Source: Octopus sinensis
Taxonomy: Eukaryota
DNA: 64,000 bases
Direction: 5' to 3'
NCBI RefSeq assembly: GCF_006345805.1
Contig: NC_042998.1
Coordinates: forward strand, 89,714,001 to 89,778,000
The notes below the pieces were generated by a model. That model was not told the DNA's origin and did not search any database. It was given only the letters and a program-made list of their open reading frames with translations. The first letter of the stretch is position 1. Every line of letters begins with the position of its first letter. Below, in pieces: positions 13,536-26,207 of the stretch. Both the position numbers and the translations under genes were made by a program.

Positions 13536-13882
13536 TAATAATAATAATAATAATAATAATAATATTTCTTAACAGAGGCACAAGACTCAAATTTTTTATG
13601 GCAGATAGGTCAGTTTTATCCATGACTTCATCACTTCACTCGAGCGCATTTTACCAACAACAGAGGAATGACTGGCAAACCCACTTCAACGGGATTTTAA
13701 CTCCAAATGTAATGGACATAAATGAATATTCTTTTCTACTCTAGGCACGAGGCCTGAAATTTTGGTGGGAGGGAGCCAGTCGATTAGATCGACTCCAGTA
13801 CGTAACTGGTACTTAATTTATCAACCCCGAAAGGAGGAACGGCAAAGTCGACCTCGGTGGGATTTGAACTCAGAACATAAAT
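13500..13882 (-). mobile_element. Two tandem family A SINE pieces (13727-13882 younger, 13564-13720 older) with (ATT)n tail at 13500-13563
   Basis: Reverse complement contains CCGAGGTCGACTTTGCC, GGGGTTGATAAATTAAGTACCAG and GTAGAAAAGAATATT, then a degenerate second body ending GTCTTGTGCCTCTGTTAAGAAAT-(ATT)n. Confidence 0.7.
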
Positions 13883-14659
13883 GAATATTCTAAAGTATTT
13901 CATTCAGTCCTCCTCTACAGAACCTGAAATCCCCCTTCTGTCGTAATAATAATCATTTCTAATATCGGAACAAGGTCACACATTTTTGAAGAGAAATCGA
14001 GTCGATAATATTGGCCTCAATAATTGATTATAATTTATTTTGTGTACACCAGAACGGGTAATGTCGATCGCTGTGAAAGGGAACATTGAGTCAAAACTAG
14101 CATAAAATGTTTATAAAGGGAGGTGGGCTCTGAAATACCTACTTACGTTGACATTGATTCCTGCGATATAGTTTCACAATTTTATTAGATAGGATTGACA
14201 TTAGATGAATAATATGCTAATAAGTTTTGGTCAAGAAGATTAACGATGAAGTAACGGTGGATACTAAAGGCGAAACAGTTGCATTTATTTGGATTTTTAA
14301 AAAATTGAACCTTTCACAATTAATTATTTGAAATTAACAACCTTAAAAATAGAAACTGTCGGGCACTAAATAAATATGTGTTAAATAAGAAAGACGAGTT
14401 CACTTAGTTTCGTAAGTTATTTTCGACATCTGTGGAGTGACAGATTTACTTCTAGAAGTGTTAAGGAAACAACTCTGATATGTGGATAATACGAATTAAT
14501 TAAGCTTGTAACAACTTGCTTTATATTTTTTCAAAATTTAACAGTTCACTGTATATTTAAAAATTTGCATTTTTTTTTTCATTATTTTTCTGATATGCAA
14601 AATACTAATTCTTTTTCCTGCATTATATTTCTGAATACCTTATTTTTTTTGTTTTACAG

Positions 14660-15225
14660 AAGGCTTGTTGCCGTTGAATTCAGAACATGTCGACATGTTG
14701 GGAGTGATTGGAATCCCTTCAGATCCCGTGAGATTCTCAACGGGGATGGACTATTTTCCAGCCTTCAGACTTCTCGGCAAAAAGGAGTTTAAAGACAATG
14801 CAAATCAACTGTTTGGTAGCAAAGCTATAAACGACTTTGCTTTAACGATGGTCGTTCATTTTGAAAAAAAAGATACTAGCTTTATCTTCGCAGTTCTAGA
14901 CCCTACCGCTACGATTGTACAACTTGGTGTGAGTGTTTCATCAAATAGTCAAGGCAACGAACAAAACATATCGTTATATTACACACCAATAACTGCTGAT
15001 GTAAATACATCCACTTCTTCCAAAATATTAGCTAGTTTCAAACTCGAAAACCTGCTCAACAACTGGGCGCGGATTAGCTTCATGGTAAAAGACGATATTG
15101 TGGAAGTATATTTAAATGGAACGAAGAAAGGAAGACATCAAGTGAACAGAGATCCATTAGTTCTTGAAGATGCCTCTTCTATCTACATCGGAGGAGGTGG
15201 TCCAGCCGAAAAAAACATGTTCGTT
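14660..15225 (+). CDS. COL15A1/COL18A1: Multiplexin (collagen XV/XVIII-like) coding exon: TSPN / laminin-G-like N-terminal domain, phase 1 to phase 0
   Basis: Polypyrimidine tract plus CAG ending 14659; GTAAGT donor at 15226; 566 nt open. Translation EHVDMLGVIGIP..VRFSTGMDYFPAF..DFAL..FIFAVLDP..VQLGVSVS..NISLYYT..ASFKL..WARISFMV..VYLN..RDPLVLEDASSIYIGGGG matches the multiplexin TSPN pattern as I recall it. Confidence 0.92.
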
Positions 15226-15318
15226 GTAAGTATATATTTACATTATTGTCAAATACCAAGGATATATATTTAACAGAAAAGTTTCTCTCTTCACCCCCTC
15301 TCCCTCATAAACACGCAT

Positions 15319-15358
<40 letters not shown>

Positions 15359-15361
15359 ATA

Positions 15362-15401
<40 letters not shown>

Positions 15402-15578
15402 ACAGACAGAATCAACAAATACCTTCAGCGGAGAGGCATCTCAGTAAATGTTCCGCTGTTATTCTTAAACTTGCTTTTAAATAATGACTTTATTATAACA
15501 CGTGTGTGTATATGCGTGTATGTATGTATGTATGTATGTATGTATGTATGTATGTATGTATGTATGTATGTATGTATG

Positions 15579-16126
15579 TCAGGTCACCTTCGAGTGCTGC
15601 TGGTAACATATAACCCAGTACAACCTGTTGCATGGTCGGATCGTCGGTGACTAAACCGGCAACCCCACCAAGCTTGCTTGGTGAGGAGGGTGTTTATTGG
15701 ACACCCTGCAGGATGAAATACAAAACCCGTCAAAGGGCGGATGAACTCTTGAGAGTAAACGGCCATCCAATAAATGTCTTAAGGCCGTATCATGCGCGGG
15801 GACATAGAAATAATAGGACTGAATACCCGATCGCGCGATGAAACCATTGGGAGTGAAGGACTCCTAGCCTTTGTTAGGGCATCCTTCTAGGAGAAGGTAA
15901 CTCAGGTAACTGGGATAACTCTGACATAAAATCTGTGGCTCAGTGGTTACCAATGATGTTGACTTGTTCTTCTTTTCGGATTATGGCTGCTGTTGCTTAG
16001 TGGGATTGATTCAGTGCACAGCCTTTCCTCACTTTAAAAAAATTCTTCTTGCACAGGCATTGCACGATAACAACATTGATTAAGCTTCGTGGAATGACCA
16101 TACTCGATAACGAGGGGGCAGCCACC
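15579..16126 (+). mobile_element. Non-autonomous RTE-related retroposon flanked by (TATG)n on both sides
   Basis: No ORF and no pol III boxes. Contains the CCTTCTAGGAGAAGG hairpin resembling RTE 5'UTRs, and its last ~35 nt align with the RTE 3' end at 34624-34656. Confidence 0.5.
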
Positions 16127-16663
16127 ATGTATGTATGTATGTATGTATGTATGTATGTATGTATGTATGTATGTATGTATGTGTGCATGGATTACGATGG
16201 TATCACTGAGGAGCATTCGTTAAATATGGCTAGTATTTGACATCCGAATTTAGTGGCACTCATCTCTCTCCATGTCTATCCAGAGCCGGTTCCCTCCAGA
16301 ACAAGAAAATTGAGAGAAAATAAGCAGAGAGAAGAATGTATTTAATTGCTGGTCTGGTACTTCTCTATCGACTCCAAAAAGACAAAAATTTGAATTTGAG
16401 GATAGCTAAAAGTCAGAACGAACATAACGAGGCAGTTCTATCCGGCTTCTTAACGACTGTGCCAATTCGCCTCATATAAGTATGTGTTTGTGTATGTATG
16501 TATGCATGTATGTATGTATGTACGTATGTATGCATGCATGCATGTATGTATGTATGTATATGTGTATTTTTGTGCATGTCTGTTTGTGTGTGTATTGTGT
16601 GAGCATATATGCATGTGCATATGTACATGTAGGTATATATACACATTTATATATGTGTGTCTT

Positions 16664-16710
<47 letters not shown>

Positions 16711-16859
16711 AATGAATAAATATATATAAATACGTAAATATATATTTGTCACATACCTGAGATTAATAAGACATAGAGATAGATAAAATACATAAATGTA
16801 ACTATATAAAGTGCGAACCCATACACACACACAAGCATACACACAAGAAATTTCATGGG

Positions 16860-17639
16860 CGGCCATAACAATGTCATCAACACAACGACAGCAGCAGCGA
16901 CCGTGACAACGATGTTAGTGCCGAAAAGGAAAATTCAACCGCAGTAAATAAAATTGTTTTCATTTACCAGATGCAGTTCGGTTGGTGAAGCTGGTTCAAG
17001 GGAAGGCCGCAAATCGTTGACGGGGTCACCAAATGTAGTGGTTAGGAGAGTTTCATGGAAAACAGATGCAAATGGAATGTGTATGCCTTTAAAGTAAACA
17101 AATGCGTAAACCGATCCATAATTTAAAATGATTTATTCACTGGACTTGATTTGTTATAGGTACATACAAATGTTGACAACTGCTACGAGTTGCTAGAAAT
17201 ATATACAGGGTACATTTGTTGAAGTCATATATCAGGAATGAATATGTTTGTGTGTGTGCGTAGTTCATTTGAGACAGTAGTCTATCGTAGCACTTCGAAA
17301 ATTCTGTGCGGTCATTCAAAACCTGTTGTGTGGTCGACCTTCATCGATGCCTGCAGGGATTTTCTCTCTTTCGTCTCTGTTGACCAGCGTATTTATAATA
17401 AACGTGGCAGCTAGAAAGACAGACATACTGCAGCAGAGTTTGTACCTAAATAGGTCAGCTCCTGTCCATTTGAACTTCGCCTGACTTGGCTGAGGTCGTA
17501 AGTCAAAGGGAAATGATCAATCAATTTTTGACAGGAGAAGAAAAACCTTTTTTCGCGCCTGTTGATCGTCGTGGTTTGGACGACCGAGAATTCTTAGATT
17601 CGGTTTCGAGGCTTGGAGATGGAAGTGTTAATTTTTACA
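16860..17639 (-). mobile_element. LTR retrotransposon remnant (probably Gypsy): 606-bp LTR (17034-17639), tRNA-Trp primer binding site (17021-17031), short internal stub
   Basis: Minus strand TGTAAAA...ACTACA (TGTA/TACA termini), TATAAAT at 17391-17397, AATAAA at 17132-17137, then TT and TGGTGACCCCG, complementary to the tRNA-Trp 3' end (CGGGGTCACCA). Confidence 0.78.
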
Positions 17640-17665
17640 TATGTATGCATACGTACATACACATA

Positions 17666-17760
17666 CACTGGGCTTCCACCAATGTCCGTCTACCAATACC
17701 ACTCGCAAGGCATTGCTCTGCTCAAGGCTATGATAGAAGACATGTCCAAAGTACACACTT
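17666..17760 (-). mobile_element. SINE family B fragment
   Basis: Reverse complement contains TGTCTTCTATCATAGCC and GAGTGGTATTGGTAGACGGA, as in family B. Confidence 0.55.
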
Positions 17761-18297
17761 AGAGATGAGAAAACTAGTTGACTGTTTCAGTATTCCACAA
17801 CAGATTCTCAATAGAATAAATAATATACCGAATGTCAAAAACCAGATGATGAATTGTTAAAGCCTGTTGACGTATACATTCGAAAGTTTAATCCCGATCG
17901 CTGGGGAATAGAAACTAGTCGTTGGTTTTGTTCAATACTTCACCTCACCTTTCGACACCACCACTTTTGTTGAAGTCTTTTCAAACAACCGGCTGAAAAC
18001 TTAAGTGAAATCTAAGAAGAAACCATAGTTTCCATGGGAAGTTAAGAATGAGCAACGAGTAATGATTCAGTAATTTCGCACATAAACTAGACGGCAATTG
18101 TTTTTAAAATGGCACAGAGAAAATTAGATTTGACGCTATAAATCAATGGCAAACTTCCTTCTCTACTTTTTTCCATCGTTTACCACCACCCGCGAAATAA
18201 TGTCTTGATTCATATCAATTATAATCGTGGGAGTATGAGTGTGTATGTGTGCGGAGGGGCTTATAGTTACACGAACAAGTACAAACACATGCATATA

Positions 18298-18344
<47 letters not shown>

Positions 18345-19580
18345 TGTGTGTTTGCATTCGTGTGCGTGTATACGTAAACGTGTAGGTAAATGTCTAGTGG
18401 TGATGAGTCAAAATAATTGTCATCATTAAAATATACTTTATAATTATGAATTTTACTCTCACGCTTGTGTACGTGCGCGCGCGCGTGTGTGTGTATGCGT
18501 ATGAGCGTATGCATGTTTGCCCAATTGAATTTGTGTGTGGAAATCATCTTTGTGTATGTATTTTGTGTGACTGGAGACTGGAGGTAATGGCAGACAAGAA
18601 ACATATACCTTCTGTTCGAAAGAGGTAATACTACTCATAAACTTATACACATGTATGCATTTATAATCATTGATTTTATATATGCATGCGCGTGCGCACG
18701 CACACACACACAGATACATACTTATATGAATGCACAGATATAGATTTATAAATAACTCCTGACGGTGCCCTATGATTGGTAGTACATTTTTTAAATGAAA
18801 ATAATCGTAAATCTGCAAAATTTTATTACTTCGAACACTGTAACAGATATATTCATTTCTTTAAAACTGTATTTCCTTTTCAAAACCCACTGTATAGGAA
18901 AATAACACCACTGTTATTCTAATTACTGAAGGAGTATCAATTCAGCTTGTTTATTTATATAATATATCCAGTCGATGTATCCATATATATCCATGCTATC
19001 TATCTGATATATCTAATATATCCATAATATATATGGCAGAATTGTGCAATAAGCATATCCCCACTATGCCTTTCTAATTTTTGATTATTTAGAAATTTTT
19101 TGTGGATTTCTAAGTTTTATACGTTGAAAATTACGAATGTATATAACAGTTACAGATAGTGGGGCATGCACTGTCTTACAGCGAATCGCTGCATCCACTA
19201 TTTGTCATCGATTACTTGCACCTGGCGAGTGACAACTTTTCGCCATTCAGGTGACAACCCTCCAACTCATTGCTAGTGAGGGCTTTATGAGGTCGGAGTG
19301 CAAATCCTAACTCAACCAACCCCACAAAAAATATGCCAAATGCATGAGTTTTGTTTCGTTTATTTCACCCTCTGTGAATAACTCTAAACGCTGAGCGCAA
19401 CCCTAGACCCTAAAACCTAAAACCCTGATAGTAAGTTGATCTTATCTTAAAAGTAATATTATTCATCAAAATTTATTACATTTAATTCAGAAAAAGGACA
19501 AATTATAAAATTGGAAAAAATGTCAAAAATGGAAAAGTTGTCTATTGTGAAATGTTGAATGTGAACTCTGTGCATGCGCA

Positions 19581-20246
19581 CTAAGATTTAGATTCTAGCT
19601 CACTTCCGCTGTTTACAGCAGTGCTTGAAAGGAAGATGTGATCGTCACATTGACCATGACAGAGTAAGTTGAGCAGAGAATCTGTATAAAGTTTTGCCAA
19701 AAGCTTGGCGATACCTGCTCAGAGGCCTACGCAAAGTCTTCAAAGACTTTTCATCTTCCTCGATACAATCAAGGAGATCTTGTGCAACTGAAACCCGAGT
19801 GTCTTTTTGGGTCAACTGAAAGCAGTTTTGGCGCAAACGTGGCAGACACGCATCTCATACCCAAATCTTCAGTGATAATGGACTGAATAAACCGTAACTA
19901 ATCTTCACATCCTCTGATAACTCGCGGATGGTGATTCGACGATTTTCCTTCACAGCTGCACGCATATCTGTGATGTTTTTCTCAGTTCTGCTGATTGCAG
20001 GTCTCTCGGAAGTTCGGCTATATCGACATTTTTTCGGCTATCTTGGAAACGTCTGAATCACTCGTATACTTGTGTGTAGCTCATATACTCCTATCCACAC
20101 ACTCTCTGTAACTTTGCGTAGTCCTCTGATCAGGTATCAACATGGCAACTTTCTCTGTCATGGTCAATGCGACGATCAAACGGTACACACATTCCTTCCT
20201 AGCACTGTTGTAAACAACAGATGTATGCTAGAACGTTAAAACCTAG
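19581..20246. mobile_element. Mariner transposase 5' region arranged as a fold-back (plus arm 19581-19737; minus copy 20246 to 19738)
   Basis: Plus arm encodes MTE*VEQRICIKFCQKLGDTCSEAYAK. Minus copy encodes MTEKV..DYAKLQRV..YTQVYE*FRRF..NRRITIRELSEDV..LGMRCVSATFAPKLL..QKDTRVSVAQDLL, a mariner helix-turn-helix and linker. Confidence 0.82.
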
Positions 20247-20269
20247 TAGGGATTTACTTATTAGCAGAA

Positions 20270-20648
20270 CTCCAATTAGGAAATCTTAAACTGGAGGGTG
20301 GATTATATAGAGATGACCTCCTGCTAATAACGAAAATTCGCACGAATTGGAAATATATAAGAAGAAAATATATAGGTTTTTTTTAAAGAAATGGGCTTAG
20401 GATTACAATTTATAACGAAAATAGCAATGTTAATTACTTAGATGTAAATTTTAACTTAATAACAGGTATAACCCTACCCTACCATAAAATTAACGAAAAC
20501 CTGATATATATTAATGCTAAGAGTAACCATCCACCTTCAATTAAGAAAGCGTTAGCAAATGATATAGGGAAAATAATTTCATTACTTTCTTCCAACTATG
20601 AGATATTCAATAAACATGCACCATATTATAATTAAGCGCTTCATAAGG
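20270..20648 (+). mobile_element. Penelope-like element, reverse transcriptase fragment
   Basis: GGLYRDDLLLIT, NVNYLDVNFNL and YINAKSNHPPSIKK..ISLLSSNYEIFNKHAPYYN are typical Penelope-like RT palm/thumb motifs. Confidence 0.8.
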
Positions 20649-20674
20649 TAGAATATAATAATAATATGAAAGTG

Positions 20675-20717
<43 letters not shown>

Positions 20718-23700
20718 GCACACACGCACAAATTTATATTTATCTATACAGAGAGACAAACGTGTGTATAATTGTGTATGTATTTGTGTGTTTGTGCATA
20801 TTTAGTGATTGTCGAACTGTTAATCTACTCGTACACAGAGATAGATTTAATGTGCAATATCTCGATCCCCTAAAGTGAAGCTATCCTGAAGTAAATCAAG
20901 AATACCCAGTATCCTTATTGTTTATATATTTGCGTACTTTTTGTTAATGTCAAAAATACCCACGATATCTTATTGTACTACATTGCAAGTTAGAAAGCAT
21001 TTGTGTTAAAACCTTTTATCATTTTTAATCAATTCGTCTCACAGGATTCTGTATTCATGAACCTGATAATGATAAATAATAGCTTTTTGATTGCTTCACT
21101 AGTCTGAAGAAGTCCCCACATATCATGACCTACTGCGCAAGCGAAAGAAATGATTATCTATATACACAGATATGCACTCACCCCTATACGTATATATATA
21201 ATGTGCATGTGTGAGTACAGACGCGTAAACATCGTCCATTTGTATAGTTGACTAGATACTAAACAAAGATAGTCTTCTATGGTGTCCCAATGACCCAATA
21301 ATTTGTAGGTCGATAGCCACAGTAAATTTGAGACCTGCGGTATTTGGGAAACTGTATATTACATTGTGCTGAATTCACTTTTATGGGGAAACTGTTTAGT
21401 ATCTGTAAAAAGCTTTTAAATCATTTTGAAATCTGACAAATTCTAGCGTTGATTTAACATTTTTTAAGAAAAACTTGCGCACTCGTACTTTTATACAAAA
21501 TAACTTGCTCAAATTTCCTTGAAACATCACTGCACTTGTCTTGAAAAGAAGATAACAACATCCTTTTTTGTTTCTCGGGATTATATTCCCCAAACCAAAG
21601 GAATAAGATAAGCAATCAATTTTCATGCTGACTGATGTTTTCTTCCACTGAAACTAATTCAAATTGCCTTTAATTGGTTCACGCCCATTGCAGATCCTTA
21701 ATGACTGTATGTTGCATAACTTGACTTCATTTAGCTTTAGCATTTATCAAAATTCAGCAAGCTCGGATCTTATAACACATAACATCTACTAAATAGTCCT
21801 TAATAGTCGTAAAGTTTCAATGCAGCCTGTTTTATATTTCTGATGCTAAACCATTTAATTCGTGTCGGTCCTGGAACTTATAAAAACAATAAGAAGAATT
21901 ACTATAAATGAATACTGCAGAGTAAATATTGCTGATTAATATTCAAAGCAGATAGAAATCTTCACTTGAAAAAAAGACAATTCTTCTTATGTAGAATATA
22001 AATTTAATAAGATTTTGTCTTCCATGCTTTGAAAATTGATGAATCCAGTATCAATAATAACGAATCAAAATGCATCTTCTAAGAAAATATCTATATTAAT
22101 TAAGCCTTATTAAAATTGAAGCAATATCTACAATAATTGCTTTAACGTTAGTAAAACAAAGGAATTTAATGTGGTAATATTATGTATTTTGAAAAAGTAT
22201 CATAAAACCCAAGATTTCGATTATATGGGCTTACTCTCCATTTATATTATGTTTTAACATGTAAAACAATTTTATTCTAAATGTTCAGATCATTAAAATT
22301 GTATAGAGTGTGATATGAACTCATTTATGAACATCAGTCTCGCTACGGCATCCAATTACCCACTTCACTAATTTCATTGCCTCATCAATAATTGTTTATT
22401 TTCCTTTTTTTTGTGATGCTCAACGCGTCCACTTCTTTTTTATTTTTTACTTTCCCGGTCGCAAATGCTCTCACTTTTCCTGTCCAGGCTCAAAATAACT
22501 TTACCGCAAAATTTTTAAACTGAAGTTTAAGGGGGTATTTTGCATACAATTTGCGAAGGCGTGAAAGAAGTACATTGGTATTGAATCCCTAAATTGCATA
22601 TACATTAAAAATCTTAATTGTGGAGACTGGAAATAACCACTTGTTCACGTTTTGAAATAATTTGAAATCGGATGTTCTAAACGCTCACCAATATTAGATT
22701 CTCCACTTGAGATATCTATCCACTGTCAACATTATTACAAAAGTGTGTGAGAAACGTTTGTCAGCGGATGAATATAGGTTCAATTTAACACATTGGCATC
22801 CCTTACCAAAACAGGTTCTACTTCCGGCATGAATTGACATATGCGGTTGTCTTCTGCTTTTGTTTCTTGAGCACATTCATGTGATCTTTTCCACTTGATG
22901 ACGATGGCGAAACCAAGTGGCTGATTAAATGCTCTCGACACTGCTGACATATGACAGCACTTGGTCACTTAGGAACTTTAAACAAAAAGGAAAAACTCGC
23001 AATGACTAAAATATATAGCCTTTAAATAGAAAGCAAGAGTTTTCAGTGACTAAAGTATATTCTAGAACTATCTAGGAACTAATTGTGATGACAGCAATCT
23101 ACGTACAAAAATGAATGACGAAGATTTTAAAACGGTAAAAAATGGCATCAATACATTTTCAACTTTTCAATAATTCAATCACACAAATATATTACGATGT
23201 CCCTTACTAAGTCATTATATAGGTGAATAAAGACTACACTTAGACAGTGGAAATGATTGCCTGTTGCAGCGAAACATCCTGAATAGTAACACCGTGAAAT
23301 TAAGATCCTTTTAAATTTTTAAGGGCGATATTTAGTTTCTGTTTTAAGTAGAAGGACGTGTTATTGTTTTATTTTTGATTTCACTTTGGCGGACGCAGTT
23401 GATCTGCTTTATCCCCCAATAGGCCTTTTTAAATATAGTAGCCTAATCACGGTCCTACGGATGGGAAAATTAATTGTGAGCAGAAAATGTTGTTTCATAC
23501 ATTAATTGATTATTAAAATGACTTAACGTGCATAAGATGAAAGGCCCATGATGCGACATTTGTGTAAGTCAATTAATGTGAATAACCATCCCACCAGAAG
23601 CAGAGATCTCTTTTGGTGTTAGAGGGACAATGCCGCATATTTACAAAGAGGCTGGAAGTTCAGGTTTGATAACAGAGAGCAATATATACAAATATATAAC

Positions 23701-24699
23701 TGTCTTGAAATGATGACGAATCAGAGTACAATTCATACAAATAATTTTGGCGAAAATAGATGCATGCGTTGAGTAATTTATGCTACACAAAATAATAAAA
23801 GTATAAATTGATCCGAATGAAGTTCATTGATTGCCCACATCTGGTACTTGTGAATAATGCTTTGATTAAACACAATATATTCAGCGAAAGTTTTGTTTTC
23901 ATTCTTCGTTTTTACCATAAAGCCAATTCCATCTAAATTTCCTACTCTGGACATCAGTAGATAAAACTGGCCAAGAGAGAAGTATTCATAGTGTGCTTCA
24001 GCTGACCGCCGGTCTTTTTAAGCTCAATTTCTGTGAGTTATAAGACCAGAGAAATGTGAGCAGAAATTGTCACCATTGCATTTGGAATGGCAGAGTACAA
24101 TCAATTGGTTGTATATGTGTTCTTGAAACAAATAAAACGCACGCGCGCGCAAACATATACGTACCAGTGTGTATTCTATGCTACATGCTCATGTTTGTTG
24201 AATGATGTGCAGTCTGTCTCAACCTATTTTTTCTGCATCTCTTCGTCTTTCACTATTATATCACTGTACATGTGTGTGTATGTGTGTTTAGTGTGTGAAT
24301 ATGTGTGTGTCTATATAATTTTTATATATACCTATATCTTTTTTTTTTATAAGCATATCAAATTTTCCTTCGTACATAAATGAGTATTGACTTCAGTGTT
24401 TTCACTTACATTTCTTTCAAATTTTACTTTCGTTTTGTGATACACACAGCACACATGCGAATTTATACTAGATATTTATCCTTTAGCTTGGTTAGTAAAA
24501 TATCTCGCTAAAACATTCAAATATGTAATTTTCTCATTTTTCTAGACTTGAGTTCAAATTCAGCTAGATTCTACTTTACTGTTAAATATGTACCACCAAT
24601 TGTCACTCACTCACGGCTATGACTTGGTAAGATGTACCATGATTTTGCTAATTGTTTTAGGCGCCTATGTAGTCGCTAGCATATATAGATACCTTATGA

Positions 24700-24910
24700 G
24701 AATTTTCCACCTTTCACCCAACGGAATATCTAGGATGTAACAGCTGGAAGAAGAGGGTGGTCCAACACCCAGATGGTACGCATTACAGCTGAGTAAACTG
24801 GAGCAACGTAAAATTAAGTGCCTTACAAACGACACGGCGCAGTTACCAGATCCTTAGTTTGGGAATCAACCCAACGCTACGATCGTGAGCCCAACATTCA
24901 AATCACTAAG
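24700..24910 (-). mobile_element. Old SINE, family C-like
   Basis: CAGCTGAGTAAACTGGAGCAACGTAAAATTAAGTG matches the family C core at 57160-57200. Confidence 0.55.
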
Positions 24911-25289
24911 TTACACGATTGCACGCATGTCTTAAAACTAAGGATAAAATGAACTACTACTGAGATATTTATTTGATTCGACTGCGCCTTTCCTTTTTGA
25001 AAGTTAGTCTTGCGTTTATTTCCAGTCACGATTAGTGTTTGTTAGAATTTGCATAAACATACCATTATGAGTATAGGTCTGTGTGTCTATATAAGTGTGT
25101 GTGTGTTTGTTTGTGTGTGTGTATGTGTGTGTACGTGTGTGTGTGTAGGTATAAAATATACTAGCCGTCATTTAATTTTTTATGGATGCTGCTTTTACTT
25201 TCAATTAATAACTTTTCTATACATGAATATGTGTACATAAAACTATAAGATAGCACACACACATACATACATACATAAATATATATATA

Positions 25290-25334
<45 letters not shown>

Positions 25335-25814
25335 TTGAATGAAGTTAAAATATGTTTTTTTTTTATTATTGTATTTAAAAAAGATTTTTACAATGGTGAA
25401 GCGTGTTAAACATTAAAAAATATTTTTTAATGTTCATAAAGTTCAATTAGCGCTTTCATACGTTCGTAGTAATCAACAGATTTCAAAATGCATTTAATTG
25501 ATAGTTGAGTCCTTGACAACTGTAGTAAAATGACTGACTTCTTCCTTTTCATACCTCTTAGAAGTCTCTAACAAGCTTATTTCTGGAAATACGGTTTTGA
25601 CCAATCCACATGCAGCTTAAACGTCACAGTTTGTCGGGCGTACCGATATTACTGGCATAGATTACACCTTTACTTTAACCAATTAGCTTGCAGTTTACAT
25701 GTAATGGTTTTATGAGTGAGTAAATTTGGTTTCGATAGCTTTATTTCGATTGGTAGGAGTCTTCTATAATTTGTTTATATTCATATGTTGAAAATATTTT
25801 TAATCCACATCATT

Positions 25815-26040
25815 AACTGGTTGTTATATCATTGTTGTTATTTCCGTTCAGAACAGGTTCGAACATTTTAATAAAACGCTTTTCTTTTATCTTTCTTCCA
25901 ACCTCGCTTGCGTCATGTAGTTTGTGGAAAGGTAAAATTAGGAACATTTTCTGACCACATGTTTCTATATGTTCCCTCAATGGAATCTGGTGAACATTAG
26001 TGTTCTGTATTTGTTGTAATTTTTTTAAATACAATAATAA
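25815..26040 (-). mobile_element. Penelope-like element, GIY-YIG endonuclease C-terminal fragment
   Basis: ORF 25813-26034: LQQIQ..HQIPLREHIETCG..FLILPFHKL..RKIKEKRFIKMFEPVLN, matching the R..KE..FI..F.P.LN end of Penelope-like endonucleases. Confidence 0.65.
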
Positions 26041-26124
26041 AAAACGTGAAAACTAGACCATGTCTTCGCTTTATTCAACTGATATATTATTCTATACACA
26101 TTGACACAAATTCAGAAAATATAA

Positions 26125-26207
<83 letters not shown>

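Noticed and set aside
17011-17031. tRNA-Trp-like 3' end with CCA on the plus strand
   Set aside because: Only the last 11 nt match well and there is no cloverleaf; better explained as a primer binding site next to an LTR end.
17486-17860. 124-aa ORF MAEVVSQREM...
   Set aside because: It runs antisense through the LTR, a microsatellite and a SINE fragment; no homology recognised.
19399-19427. Telomere-like ACCCTA(G/A) repeats
   Set aside because: Only about four degenerate units; such runs occur inside Helitron-like repeats and by chance.
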